Source: a candidate division WOR-3 bacterium (GTDB taxonomy: Bacteria; Hydrothermota; Tepidihabitantia; SM23-42; JAOAFX01). Taken from it: DNA of 45,957 nucleotides. Each line of letters opens with the position of its first letter. Positions within the stretch are counted from its first letter, which is position 1. The notes beneath the pieces are model-generated. The model was not told the DNA's origin, ran no database searches, and saw only the letters and a list, made by a program, of their open reading frames with translations. Both the position numbers and the translations under genes were made by a program. Shown in pieces: positions 1-9,266 of this stretch. Location of the stretch: assembly GCA_037444665.1 (NCBI GenBank), contig JBBILZ010000015.1:1-45957 (forward strand). The letters are read 5' to 3'.

Positions 1-8
1 CTCCTTTT

Positions 9-33
9 GTCACCCTGAACTTGGTTCAGGGCC
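9..33. repeat. Short palindromic REP-like element
   Basis: GTCA-CCCTGAAC-TTG-GTTCAGGG: 8-bp perfect stem (13-20/24-31) in intergenic DNA. Confidence 0.55.
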
Positions 34-112
34 TCAAAATATCCCCAATATATGATGTGGACATTTTATAAAACGCTCTAAAAACTGGGGGATGGCAAGT
101 AACATCGAGATA

Positions 113-140
113 TTGACTTATATGCTAATTTATATATAAT
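113..140 (+). promoter_or_regulatory. sigma70-type promoter
   Basis: TTGACT(113-118)-N16-TATAAT(135-140), 12 nt before ATG 153. Confidence 0.7.
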
Positions 141-152
141 ATCATTATTATC

Positions 153-1388
153 ATGAAAAAAGGAAAAACCACATCAGAATATTTAGAAATAATCATACGC
201 TGGCGGAAGTTTGTTATTCAGAATGTCATTTTTGTCACTCTGTTTTCGGTTGTTTTGAGCCTAATAATTACACATAAATACACTGCGACCACAACAATTC
301 TTCCACCAAGTTCTGAAACTGAATCAATGCTGGGATTATTGAGTGGCGGTATTTTAAGTAGTTTATCAAATATTTCCCGGGTTGCTGGTAGATTACCTGG
401 ATTATCTTCGCCATCAGATTTATATGCTGCTATATTAAGAAGTGGCACAATAAAAAGTGCATTGATAAATAGATTCAATCTTAAAAAAGAATTTAAAGCC
501 AAAACAATGTATGCTGCATCAAAAGCGCTTGATAAAATAACCAAAATATCTATAACACCCGAAGGAATAATTGAAGTTTCAGTTACTTATAAAAATAAAT
601 ATCTGGCGACAGATATTGCTAATGCCTATATTGAAGAACTTGATAAGTTTAATACTGAAACCTCTATGACTATGGGGAAAAAATATCGTATTTTTATAGA
701 AAAAAGGCTAAAACAAGTTAGCGATTCTCTAACTTATGCAGAGAATTCATTGAGAGAATTTCAGGAAAAACATCGCACAGTTGTTTTAGATGAAGAAGTC
801 AAGAACGCCATAGAGGCGGTGGTTAAGTTAAAGAGCGATATCATTCTAAAAGAAGCACAACGCGACGCGATCAGCTCAGCGAGTTCTTTTGATAATCCCT
901 ATCTTAACAATCTTAATCAGGAAATTCAAGCAATGAAAAGTCAACTGCGAAAAATAGAATTTGGCGGGTCAGAGAAAACTAACAAAGAATATGGCGCCGG
1001 TTTTTCTGTTCCATTTGCAAAATTACCGGAATTATCTTTAGAGTATGCACGTTTGCTTAGAGATGTTAAAGTTCAGGAGGCGGTTTATGAGTTACTTACT
1101 CAACAATACGAGCAGGCAAAAATAATGGAAGCTAAAGATACCCCTACGATTCAGATATTAGACCGCGCATCTCCCCCTGAGAAGCGTTCATTTCCGAAAC
1201 GAACTGCTATCGTAATTCTGGGTTTTCTCTTCAGCCTATTAGGCAGCATCGCAATGATATTCTTTTTTGAATACTTAATTGATATTCAAATAAATCCGAA
1301 AAATCACAAATTCGCTGTAGAGATTTTATCATCGTTAATAAATGATTTTTCGAAATTTAAAAAAATTCTAAAAAAACCATCACATTGA
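153..1388 (+). CDS. Polysaccharide chain-length determinant / co-polymerase (Wzz/GumC-like)
   Basis: N-terminal TM followed by YTATTTILPP, coiled-coil periplasmic region, C-terminal IQILDRASPPEKRSFPKR plus TM; no tyrosine kinase domain. Confidence 0.85.
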   Translation: MKKGKTTSEYLEIIIRWRKFVIQNVIFVTLFSVVLSLIITHKYTATTTILPPSSETESMLGLLSGGILSSLSNISRVAGRLPGLSSPSDLYAAILRSGTIKSALINRFNLKKEFKAKTMYAASKALDKITKISITPEGIIEVSVTYKNKYLATDIANAYIEELDKFNTETSMTMGKKYRIFIEKRLKQVSDSLTYAENSLREFQEKHRTVVLDEEVKNAIEAVVKLKSDIILKEAQRDAISSASSFDNPYLNNLNQEIQAMKSQLRKIEFGGSEKTNKEYGAGFSVPFAKLPELSLEYARLLRDVKVQEAVYELLTQQYEQAKIMEAKDTPTIQILDRASPPEKRSFPKRTAIVILGFLFSLLGSIAMIFFFEYLIDIQINPKNHKFAVEILSSLINDFSKFKKILKKPSH

Positions 1389-1415
1389 TTGGCAGTATTG
1401 TCTAACTAAATCAAT

Positions 1416-2831
1416 ATGAAAGAATCCGAAAATTTTTTGGACGTATCTGTCATAAGTTTACTCAATAAAATGAAGACCATACTACCTTACGTTACTTTTT
1501 TAGTCACAATTTTGGCGATTTCAATTGCCACATTTGAAAGTTTAAAAATTATTGTAATTATTATCGTTGCTATTTTTCTTATAACTTACATTTCTTTTTC
1601 CCTGGAAAAACTTTTTTTTATCTTCGCCTTTTATATTATAACTTTTGAGGAACCTGGATTATCAGTTTATTTTCCGGGTATTCCTATTACTTATAGAACT
1701 TTTATTGCTGCACCCATATTTTTATTATTATTGGGTTACTGGATAATTCACATAAATTACTCTCATTTTAAAGTTGAATGGCAGACAATGGAAAAAGCAA
1801 TAGCTATCTTTTTGATATTCACTTTTATTTCAACGATTTATGGCTTAATGAATGGAGCTCTTCTCGGCAACATCCTAGAAGATTGTTTACCTTTGCTGTA
1901 CTTTTGCAGTTATTTTATAGTATCTTATACACCTCTGGGAGAAAATTATAAAAAAATATTTAAATTTTTCCTTGTTTGTTCAGTCCTTATTAGTCTACAA
2001 TTCATCTATGCAATCAGTATTTTTAAAGGCTCTTTTTTTCTTACAAGGATTGTTTCACAGCATATTCACATGGCACAATTTGCTGTGCCTTTTTTAGGTG
2101 CAACATTAATTTATACCGATAATCCAAAAAAACGTTTGTTATGTCTATTTTCACTTCCATTTATATTCGCAGGTGTAATTATTTCTCAACAGCGAGCCCT
2201 CTGGCTTTCTATTTTTCTAACCACTCTTACTCTTTTAATAATGCTCATTTATCACTATCGAAAACAAATTTTGACCAATATTAACCGAGTGATTTATATT
2301 GTGGGAGGAATAATAATTGTATGTATTTTATCAATCTTATTAATCGGTCGTATTGCCCAGACAAATGTTTTATTTACTATGTTCATTCGTAGCTCAGTAT
2401 TCCTTTCCCCAAAATTTTTGCTTTACGATGAATCTGCGGTCATTCGCATCAATGAATTAAAAGAAACAATAGAGGAAAACAAAAATAATTTATTATTAGG
2501 TTCAGGGCTTGGCGCAGTGCGCATTACACGCTGGCGTGACACAAAGCAACTAACTGTTGACAATTCTTTTATCTATTTACTCTGGAAGATGGGCATTTTG
2601 GGTTTGAGCAGTTTTTTATTCATATATCTTATTTTTTTCAAACATGCTTTTTTATTGCTTTCAAAACCATTGACTGCAGATGAAAAAATAATTCTCATCT
2701 CAACCATTTTAAATTTTGCGGGAATGTTTATAATAGCCCTTACTAATGCCAGTATTGCACATTATCGTTTTATTTTTGTATGGTCAATAATGATCGCTGC
2801 GGTGGAGTCGCTTTATCGTAAATATGCCTAA
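1416..2831 (+). CDS. O-antigen ligase/polymerase family (Wzy/WaaL-like) membrane protein
   Basis: Many TM helices, SQQRALW motif, LLGSGLG and DNSFIYLLWKMGILG in the late loop; lies between wzz and a flippase. Confidence 0.8.
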   Translation: MKESENFLDVSVISLLNKMKTILPYVTFLVTILAISIATFESLKIIVIIIVAIFLITYISFSLEKLFFIFAFYIITFEEPGLSVYFPGIPITYRTFIAAPIFLLLLGYWIIHINYSHFKVEWQTMEKAIAIFLIFTFISTIYGLMNGALLGNILEDCLPLLYFCSYFIVSYTPLGENYKKIFKFFLVCSVLISLQFIYAISIFKGSFFLTRIVSQHIHMAQFAVPFLGATLIYTDNPKKRLLCLFSLPFIFAGVIISQQRALWLSIFLTTLTLLIMLIYHYRKQILTNINRVIYIVGGIIIVCILSILLIGRIAQTNVLFTMFIRSSVFLSPKFLLYDESAVIRINELKETIEENKNNLLLGSGLGAVRITRWRDTKQLTVDNSFIYLLWKMGILGLSSFLFIYLIFFKHAFLLLSKPLTADEKIILISTILNFAGMFIIALTNASIAHYRFIFVWSIMIAAVESLYRKYA

Positions 2832-4131
2832 GCATTTGGCAAATATTACATATAATTTTGGCGCCCAGGCAATCTGTTTGATTTTGGGGTTAATTAGTAA
2901 TATGGTAGTCGCACGACTCCTGGGTCCTGAAGGCAAAGGTATTATTGCCCTGTTATTTAATTATATTTCCATTTCGGTAATTATTCTTATGTTTGGCATG
3001 AGTGAAGGTAATGTTTATTACTTGAGTAAGGGTAGTTATCCTCAGAGTGTTATATTATCTACAAATATATACCACACGATATTTATGTCATTGATTTTTT
3101 TTGCTATATCATTAAGCCTCAAGGATGTTTTGCTCACAAATATTCTAAAAGGGGTTAACACCAGGTACTTTTTTCTTAGCTTTTTAATTTTTCCGTTTCA
3201 ATTCATTTATTTACATCTAATTACATTACTACAAGGACATAAACGACTAAAAGATTATAGTATCTCGGCGGTATTCAGAAGTGTAGCAATGGTAATTTTC
3301 CAAATCATTTTCATCCCAATATGGGGTGTTGAAGGAGGTTTATCCGCACTTATTTTTTCCATGCTTGGTGTTAATACCATCAATTTAATCAAACTTCTGA
3401 AAATAGATATTTCTCTTAAGTTTCCAAATATCAGCTTTGTAAAAAAATCTCTATTTTTTGGAATCAAATCACAAATTGGATTACTTCTGAATTTTTTTGA
3501 AAGAAGGCTGGACTATTTTATTATCAACATTTTCTTAGACCCAATTCAGGTGGGATATTATTCAGTAGCAGTGGTCCTTGCTGAAATTCCATGGTATTTC
3601 CCAAATGCGGTAGGCACTGTTATCTTCCCCGAAATTACTTCAAAAGAGAAAAGCAATGCCTACCAGTATGTCGCGCTAATCAGTCGTAATACAATAGCCA
3701 TTACTATAATAATGTTAATCGTTGTCGGTTTATGCGCAAGTCCAGCTATAAAGCTAATTTTTGGCAATCGATTTCTGACATCAGTATCACCACTTCTAAT
3801 ACTTCTGCCGGGCATACTGGGTTTAGCAATTAACCGTGTAATATGTGCAGGATTTTCAGGGACCGGCCGTCCTGAACTCGGAACTTTAACCGTTGTTTTT
3901 TCATCTATTACAACAGTTATCTTGGACTTTCTCTTAATACCATCAATGGGAATTAATGGAGCAGCATTGGCTTCTACGATATCTTACTTTACTTCAGCAA
4001 CAGTTGGTCTGATAATTTTTCACAAAATTTCTAAAATTAACCTTGCCAATACCTTATTTTTTAAAATCGCAGATTTAAAACAATATTCAGTTTTCGTTAA
4101 AAGAATAAAGGAATTTATAACCTATGGGTAG
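2824..4131 (+). CDS. Oligosaccharide flippase (Wzx/MOP family)
   Basis: VARLLGPEGKG, RLDYFII...VGYYSVA and LLIPSMGINGAALAS motifs; about 12 TM. Confidence 0.9.
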   Translation: MPKHLANITYNFGAQAICLILGLISNMVVARLLGPEGKGIIALLFNYISISVIILMFGMSEGNVYYLSKGSYPQSVILSTNIYHTIFMSLIFFAISLSLKDVLLTNILKGVNTRYFFLSFLIFPFQFIYLHLITLLQGHKRLKDYSISAVFRSVAMVIFQIIFIPIWGVEGGLSALIFSMLGVNTINLIKLLKIDISLKFPNISFVKKSLFFGIKSQIGLLLNFFERRLDYFIINIFLDPIQVGYYSVAVVLAEIPWYFPNAVGTVIFPEITSKEKSNAYQYVALISRNTIAITIIMLIVVGLCASPAIKLIFGNRFLTSVSPLLILLPGILGLAINRVICAGFSGTGRPELGTLTVVFSSITTVILDFLLIPSMGINGAALASTISYFTSATVGLIIFHKISKINLANTLFFKIADLKQYSVFVKRIKEFITYG

Positions 4132-5164
4132 ATTATTATTACTCTGTTCAAAAAGATTTCCAGGCTCAAAACGTGTATTGGAGAATTTAAAAGCGGTTCT
4201 TAAAGAAACTGTAGAATGTGATATAGAGTTTATTGAATCATTTTTGTCCCCGCCGATGTTCTCTCATGTGAAATACTTAGGTAAGATTGAGAATAAAATA
4301 CTTAGTAAATTATCCCCTATCAGGGCTGAGAAAGTATTTAAATACGGCAACAATATTATATTTGCCGGTTGGGATAAAAGGTATGAAATAATCCTTTCCA
4401 AATTGAATCGGGAGGGCATTACACCCAGTTTAATTTTATGTAGCACACTTGGACAAAATGAATTGACGGGCCATGAGATACCGGTTTTTCTTAATATTCA
4501 TAAACATTTAAAAGCCGGAAATTTAAAATATGTGTTATTAAATAAAAGGCTCAATGAATCTTTGGGTAAGGTTCTAAATAATGCGCTCTATTTTCCTTAT
4601 ACCATTGATTTACATAGATTTGATAGCATCCAACCAAAAAGTTTAGAAGGCATCAACATTGATTTATTCTGCGCACTGCGGCCCGGGAAAAATATATTGA
4701 ACCAGATACTGGCATTTAAAATGAGTGGCATAAATGGCTCTTTACACATTAACATTAACAATCCCCAAATAGATGAAGTTATTAAGGTAATAGGTGCTTC
4801 AGTTGTTAAACATCGGTGGTTAGAACCAAACGATTATTATTCGCTCATTGCAGCAATGACAGCTTCACTCCAGGTGACATTTACAGAAAGTTTTAGCTAT
4901 GCAGTATGTGAGAGGATGTGCTTGGGTATTCCAGTTTTTACTTCTTACGATATTGACCTGATATCCGATGATGAATTTTTGGCTCGTTTTCTATGTATTA
5001 ATGCCCTGGATACCCCTTTACTAATAGCCAATGCCTTGAACCGGTTAATTAATGATCGCAAATTAAGAGATGAACTGGCAGTGTGTGTTCGTAAACGAAT
5101 AGAAACTATAGCCAGGACGGATAATAAGTACGCTATTGATTGTATTAGAACTCTCTTTAAGTAA
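4124..5164 (+). CDS. Divergent GT-B (GT4-like) glycosyltransferase
   Basis: RPGKN and ESFSYAVCERMCLGIPV (EX7E-like); overlaps the flippase stop. Confidence 0.65.
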   Translation: MGRLLLLCSKRFPGSKRVLENLKAVLKETVECDIEFIESFLSPPMFSHVKYLGKIENKILSKLSPIRAEKVFKYGNNIIFAGWDKRYEIILSKLNREGITPSLILCSTLGQNELTGHEIPVFLNIHKHLKAGNLKYVLLNKRLNESLGKVLNNALYFPYTIDLHRFDSIQPKSLEGINIDLFCALRPGKNILNQILAFKMSGINGSLHININNPQIDEVIKVIGASVVKHRWLEPNDYYSLIAAMTASLQVTFTESFSYAVCERMCLGIPVFTSYDIDLISDDEFLARFLCINALDTPLLIANALNRLINDRKLRDELAVCVRKRIETIARTDNKYAIDCIRTLFK

Positions 5165-6128
5165 ATCTGCAGCCCGCAACCTTTAATATCGGGTGTCCCC
5201 TACTGTTCCGCACGAATTTAGATATTCCTAACGACCACAATACAAACAGAACAAATAATTTGCATTTCTGCGAAGAAGAAAAAATGCAAAAAATTAATTT
5301 TACTAAATAGATGCAAAATATTATTATACGATAGATGATTGCACTCAGACGACCATAATGCTTTAAAATGAATTTATAGATACTTGTAATGCCAATAGTG
5401 TAAATAAGATTTTCTTTGCCCCGCGCACTGGCATGTCTTTTATGAACAACCAGTGCGTCAGCACAAAGATAGTTTTTCTTGCCTATTTTTCGAAAGCGAT
5501 AACACCAATCTGTATCTTCACAAAAGAGAAAGAAACTCTCATCCATCCCACCAATTTTCAATATGTCATCCATTCGTGCCATCATCGCTGAGCCCTGTAT
5601 CGCTTCTACCTCTTTAGTAGTCGTATGGTCCCAGTAGGTCATTAATCCCTGTCCCAAAAATCTGTTTTGGGGAAAACTTTTGGATAAACCAGAATGGTGA
5701 AGAATTTCATTAATCAAATTGGGGAAAGCACGGCCGCAGTAATAATCTACTTTCCCATTGCTGTCAATAGTCAAAGGACCAACCAGACCTGCCTCAGGAT
5801 GATTTTTTAAAAAGTCATATAGGTTCGCTATGGCTTTCTTATCAACAATTATATCTGGATTTAAAAAAAACAATACTTTACCTTGGGCGTACTTTATGCC
5901 AATATTATTAGCCGCCGCAAAACCAACATTCTTCTTATTGGCGATTATTTTTAATTTAGGAAAAACACTTTTTATCTGGCTGACAACTGCCTCCTGATTC
6001 TTAGAATCATTATCTACGACAATAATCTCGTAACTCATTTTTATTTCAGACTGTAGAATTGACCTAATACACTCAATCATATCCTCAGTCGTATTATAAT
6101 TTACCAGAATGATAGATAACTCGTTCAT
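5157..6128 (-). CDS. Glycosyltransferase family 2 (rhamnosyltransferase-like)
   Basis: LSIILVNYN, VVDNDS, NVGFAAANN, FLNPD, MDESFFLFCEDTDWC. Confidence 0.92.
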   Translation of the reverse strand: MNELSIILVNYNTTEDMIECIRSILQSEIKMSYEIIVVDNDSKNQEAVVSQIKSVFPKLKIIANKKNVGFAAANNIGIKYAQGKVLFFLNPDIIVDKKAIANLYDFLKNHPEAGLVGPLTIDSNGKVDYYCGRAFPNLINEILHHSGLSKSFPQNRFLGQGLMTYWDHTTTKEVEAIQGSAMMARMDDILKIGGMDESFFLFCEDTDWCYRFRKIGKKNYLCADALVVHKRHASARGKENLIYTIGITSIYKFILKHYGRLSAIIYRIIIFCIYLVKLIFCIFSSSQKCKLFVLFVLWSLGISKFVRNSRGHPILKVAGCRFT

Positions 6129-7387
6129 TTTTTCTTTTTGAAAGATTGATATACTGAAAGTAATGAATCGATATGTTCGTCAAACTGAGGCATTTTTGAA
6201 TCTGAATTATTTAGATTAACTTTTATATTTTGTGATATAATATCTTCCAATATTTTTGCCAAAGACTTCCAGTTTAAGGGTAAAAATAATAACCCATTTT
6301 TTTTAGTTTCCACTATCTCTAAGAATACTGAATGAGCGGGAGCAATGATGGGTACTTTATAAAATAATGCCTCGCGGGCAACAAAAGAAAATGTCTCATA
6401 GCACCTTGATGGCACAATCAAAAAATCCATTGATTTGTAGATTGCGGTTTTCATCGAATGATTAAATACACCCTTGAATTGAACATACCGGGATTCAGAC
6501 GGTCGTATTTGTTTACTCAAATTTAAATAATCCCCTTCACCATATATTAATAATTCAGCTCTGCCTCTATTGACATTCACAAACGCCTGGATGAGATCAC
6601 GAATACCTTTATGATTTTGAATACTACCGATATACCCAAAACGCACTTTATTATCAATTTCGCAAGGCTCTTTTCGGAAAGTTGGTAAATTCAAACTCAA
6701 TTGTAATAATAAAATTTTTTGTTCGCTTATTCCGGAGTTTAAATAGATTTGTTTCACGAAATCAGATGGCACAGTAATTAATGATACTTTTCTGAGCAAA
6801 GACATAATATATTGGTAACGCCATCGGTAAAAATTGTGTCTACGCTCTTTAGTAAACAAAATATCCCTGGAAAATGTTTTTAATTTATCCTTAAGTTCTA
6901 AATTTTTATTTATACAGAACGCACAATGTGCTCCATCATTATAATTTTCACAAATTTGACTGTCCCCATTATATAAATGAACGCGGGGACACAGAGTCCA
7001 AAAGTCGTGGATACTGAATATCACAGGAGTTTTAGATTCTATAGCTATTTCCAAACAGCTAAAGGGCAATCCCAGAAGGTGATGAAAATGAATTACATCT
7101 GGTTGAAATTGTTCAATCAATAATTTAAATCTTTCTTCGATATCTTTATCAAAAACTGAGTGTGGGTCATAAATAGGAAACCTTGCTGTAGGATTGATAG
7201 TATAGTTTAGCGGAACAGTAAAAATTTTTTTATTTTTGGCGTAAATATTAATATTTTTTCTATGAACCGGGAGGAAAACGGCTATCTCGTGATTTATCTC
7301 CAGTCTTTTGAATAGATTAGAGTAATAGACTAAAGTGCCACTCTGAGCGGGTTCCCAATATTTATGGACCACGAAAAGAATTTTCAT
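6125..7387 (-). CDS. Glycosyltransferase family 4
   Basis: MKILFVVH start (ATG 7387 preferred over TTG 7399), PDVIHFHHL, HDFWTLCPR, PSRCYETFSFVAREA. Confidence 0.9.
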   Translation of the reverse strand: MKILFVVHKYWEPAQSGTLVYYSNLFKRLEINHEIAVFLPVHRKNINIYAKNKKIFTVPLNYTINPTARFPIYDPHSVFDKDIEERFKLLIEQFQPDVIHFHHLLGLPFSCLEIAIESKTPVIFSIHDFWTLCPRVHLYNGDSQICENYNDGAHCAFCINKNLELKDKLKTFSRDILFTKERRHNFYRWRYQYIMSLLRKVSLITVPSDFVKQIYLNSGISEQKILLLQLSLNLPTFRKEPCEIDNKVRFGYIGSIQNHKGIRDLIQAFVNVNRGRAELLIYGEGDYLNLSKQIRPSESRYVQFKGVFNHSMKTAIYKSMDFLIVPSRCYETFSFVAREALFYKVPIIAPAHSVFLEIVETKKNGLLFLPLNWKSLAKILEDIISQNIKVNLNNSDSKMPQFDEHIDSLLSVYQSFKKKK

Positions 7388-7428
7388 GAGATAGTGCAAA
7401 TTTTTATTTCACATATTAACGAAACGAT

Positions 7429-7489
7429 TTCAAAATTTTTTTGAATCTCAGTTAGACCAAATCTACGAGTAATCATATCAAAGACCTCT
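7429..7489. repeat. Direct repeat copy 1: degenerate copy of the 3' part of the Zn-dehydrogenase gene
   Basis: 54/61 ungapped identity to 11495-11555, including a 28-bp perfect core TTTTTGAATCTCAGTTAGACCAAATCTA. Confidence 0.9.
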
Positions 7490-7597
7490 CTTTCTTGGGT
7501 TCAACCATATTTTGATTATAGCCAAAAATTCATTAACTGTCAATATATCGATATTACTGGCAATATACTTAAAAGTGTGGAAATTCTTCTTGAAATT

Positions 7598-7717
7598 AAA
7601 AGAAAAAGGTGTATCCTTCCTTATGTTATGTTTGATGTTTGTATTTTTAATGGATTTAAACAAAGCTCAGAAGAGCTTGAAAGGAGGATACACCCATGAA
7701 TCCATTAAATTATTCTA
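7598..7717 (-). ncRNA. Putative structured small RNA or attenuator next to the transposase
   Basis: Upstream TTGACA-N16-TAAGCT; stems 7699-7709/7646-7656 (11 bp) and 7681-7694/7608-7622 (14 bp, one bulge); hairpin 7663-7678; U-tract at 7598-7607. Confidence 0.5.
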
Positions 7718-7723
7718 AGGCTA

Positions 7724-7751
7724 AGCTTAATGAAATTTTTGCGGATGTCAA
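7724..7751 (-). promoter_or_regulatory. sigma70-type promoter facing away from the transposase
   Basis: TTGACA(7751-7746)-N16-TAAGCT(7729-7724). Confidence 0.55.
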
Positions 7752-7834
7752 GATGCCGATATTACTCAAAAATAATCTTACCGAAACTGGGTGGTTTAAT
7801 CAGAATAAAACTTCTTGTTAAGCTACTTGAAAAA

Positions 7835-7876
7835 ATGGGTGCCCCTGAGTATATTAAACATGAAAGGAGCACCCAT
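7835..7876 (+). promoter_or_regulatory. RBS/start-sequestering inverted repeat of the transposase
   Basis: ATGGGTGCCCCT (7835-7846) pairs 11/12 with AGGAGCACCCAT (7865-7876); candidate promoter TTGAAA(7827-32)-N17-TATATT(7850-55). Confidence 0.6.
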
Positions 7877-9179
7877 GATAAGTATTACTATACCAGGAGA
7901 ATTATATACCATGGAAGCAAAAAGGTCAATAATTAAAATCAATGCCGAACGTTATAAAAAGGCATCAAAAAAAGAGAAGAATGAAATGCTCAATGATTTA
8001 GAAGCGGTCGTCCAATTGCATCGTAAACACATTACCAAACTACTCAATAACACCAACAAAGTCTATTATACCCCCCAGGGCGTAAAACTGATTGGTGACC
8101 CAACAATCACCTTTACCCATAAACGAGGTCGTAAAAAGACCTACACTAAAGAATTAGTCCCTTATCTGGAAATTCTTTGGGAATTGAGTGGTTTCCGAGC
8201 TTCGCCGCATCTAATCTTTTTCATCCGCGAACACCAAAAAATGCTTTTTGAAAAGCCCGCTGATTTACAAGACCTTACCCCTGAAATGCAAACCAAACTT
8301 ACCAAACTTAATAATGCACCAGAACACATCCGCAAAAAACTACTCACAATCAGCCCTGCCACAGTTGACCGGCTCTTAAAAAAGACCAAAGCAAGGTGTC
8401 GTTTTGCCAGGACACATTATCCTCATCCGCATGCCTCGGTGATCAAAAAGAATATCCCGGTGGAAAGTTATTTTGATAAGCCTAAATATGGAAAGATTGG
8501 CTATCAGGAGACGGATTTGGTGCATCATTGTGATAGTAATACTCGTGGGGATTTTTGTTATACCCTAACGGATACGGAGATTAATACGGATTGGACTGAG
8601 CTGCGGGCGTTAAGGAATCGGGCTCAGGTGTGGACGGAAAGTGCCTTAAAGAGCATTGATCAATCAGTGCCTTTTGTGGTTCATAGCCGGCATGTAGATA
8701 ATGATTCAGTATTTATCAATGCCCATGTTTTGCGTTATGCGCAGCAATATGGGATAAATTATACGCGTTCACGGCCTTATCACAAAAATGATAATCCCTA
8801 TGTGGAAAGTCGGAACTGGACAATGGTGCGTAGTTATGTTGGTTATCGGCGCTATGAGACCGAAGCTGAGTATCGGATTTTAAAGGAATTAATGCTGCTC
8901 ATTTCCTTACGCCATAATTATTTTATTCCCACGCAGAAGCTGAGGCGGCGGGTGCGGGTGGGTGGTCATGTATATCGGGTTTACAATCTTGATACCCCTT
9001 ACAATCGGGTCTTAAAATCACCACAAGTGACAACAGAAAAGAAACAACAACTTCAAACAACCAAAGAATCACTTTCCTACTTTAAGATTGTGGACCAGAT
9101 CAATTCTTTACTTAAACAACTTGATCTTGCCTACCACAATAAATTTAGATATTATAAAAAGGATAAAAAAAATGACTAA
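7875..9179 (+). CDS. DDE-type transposase/integrase
   Basis: RYKKASKKEK N-terminus, ISPATVDRLL, catalytic ETDLVHHC / HVDNDSVF / KNDNPYVESRN; ATG 7875 has an AAGGAG RBS (7911 is an alternative). Confidence 0.9.
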   Translation: MISITIPGELYTMEAKRSIIKINAERYKKASKKEKNEMLNDLEAVVQLHRKHITKLLNNTNKVYYTPQGVKLIGDPTITFTHKRGRKKTYTKELVPYLEILWELSGFRASPHLIFFIREHQKMLFEKPADLQDLTPEMQTKLTKLNNAPEHIRKKLLTISPATVDRLLKKTKARCRFARTHYPHPHASVIKKNIPVESYFDKPKYGKIGYQETDLVHHCDSNTRGDFCYTLTDTEINTDWTELRALRNRAQVWTESALKSIDQSVPFVVHSRHVDNDSVFINAHVLRYAQQYGINYTRSRPYHKNDNPYVESRNWTMVRSYVGYRRYETEAEYRILKELMLLISLRHNYFIPTQKLRRRVRVGGHVYRVYNLDTPYNRVLKSPQVTTEKKQQLQTTKESLSYFKIVDQINSLLKQLDLAYHNKFRYYKKDKKND

Positions 9180-9266
9180 CTTATCCCCTTTTATTCTTGA
9201 AAATATTAATTTAATTTCGGTAAGATTTTATTTTGATGAAAGACGTTATACCCAATTACTCACTCA

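Larger units (their letters stand above)
7757..9245 (+). mobile_element. Insertion sequence with DDE/rve integrase-type transposase (family not assigned, ISNCY-like)
   Basis: Imperfect terminal IRs with a 13-bp perfect core AATCTTACCGAAA (7774-7786; 9215-9227 rc), both extending to a terminal CG; exact ends uncertain, no target duplication seen. Confidence 0.7.

Noticed and set aside
7478..7936. Short ORFs 7478-7663(-), 7512-7718(+) and 7730-7936(+)
   Set aside because: No family motifs or convincing RBS; they overlap the structured region and IS end. A type I toxin reading of 7512-7718 was considered but has no SD support.
7740..9260. Target-site duplication around the IS
   Set aside because: No matching direct repeat found at the inferred ends.
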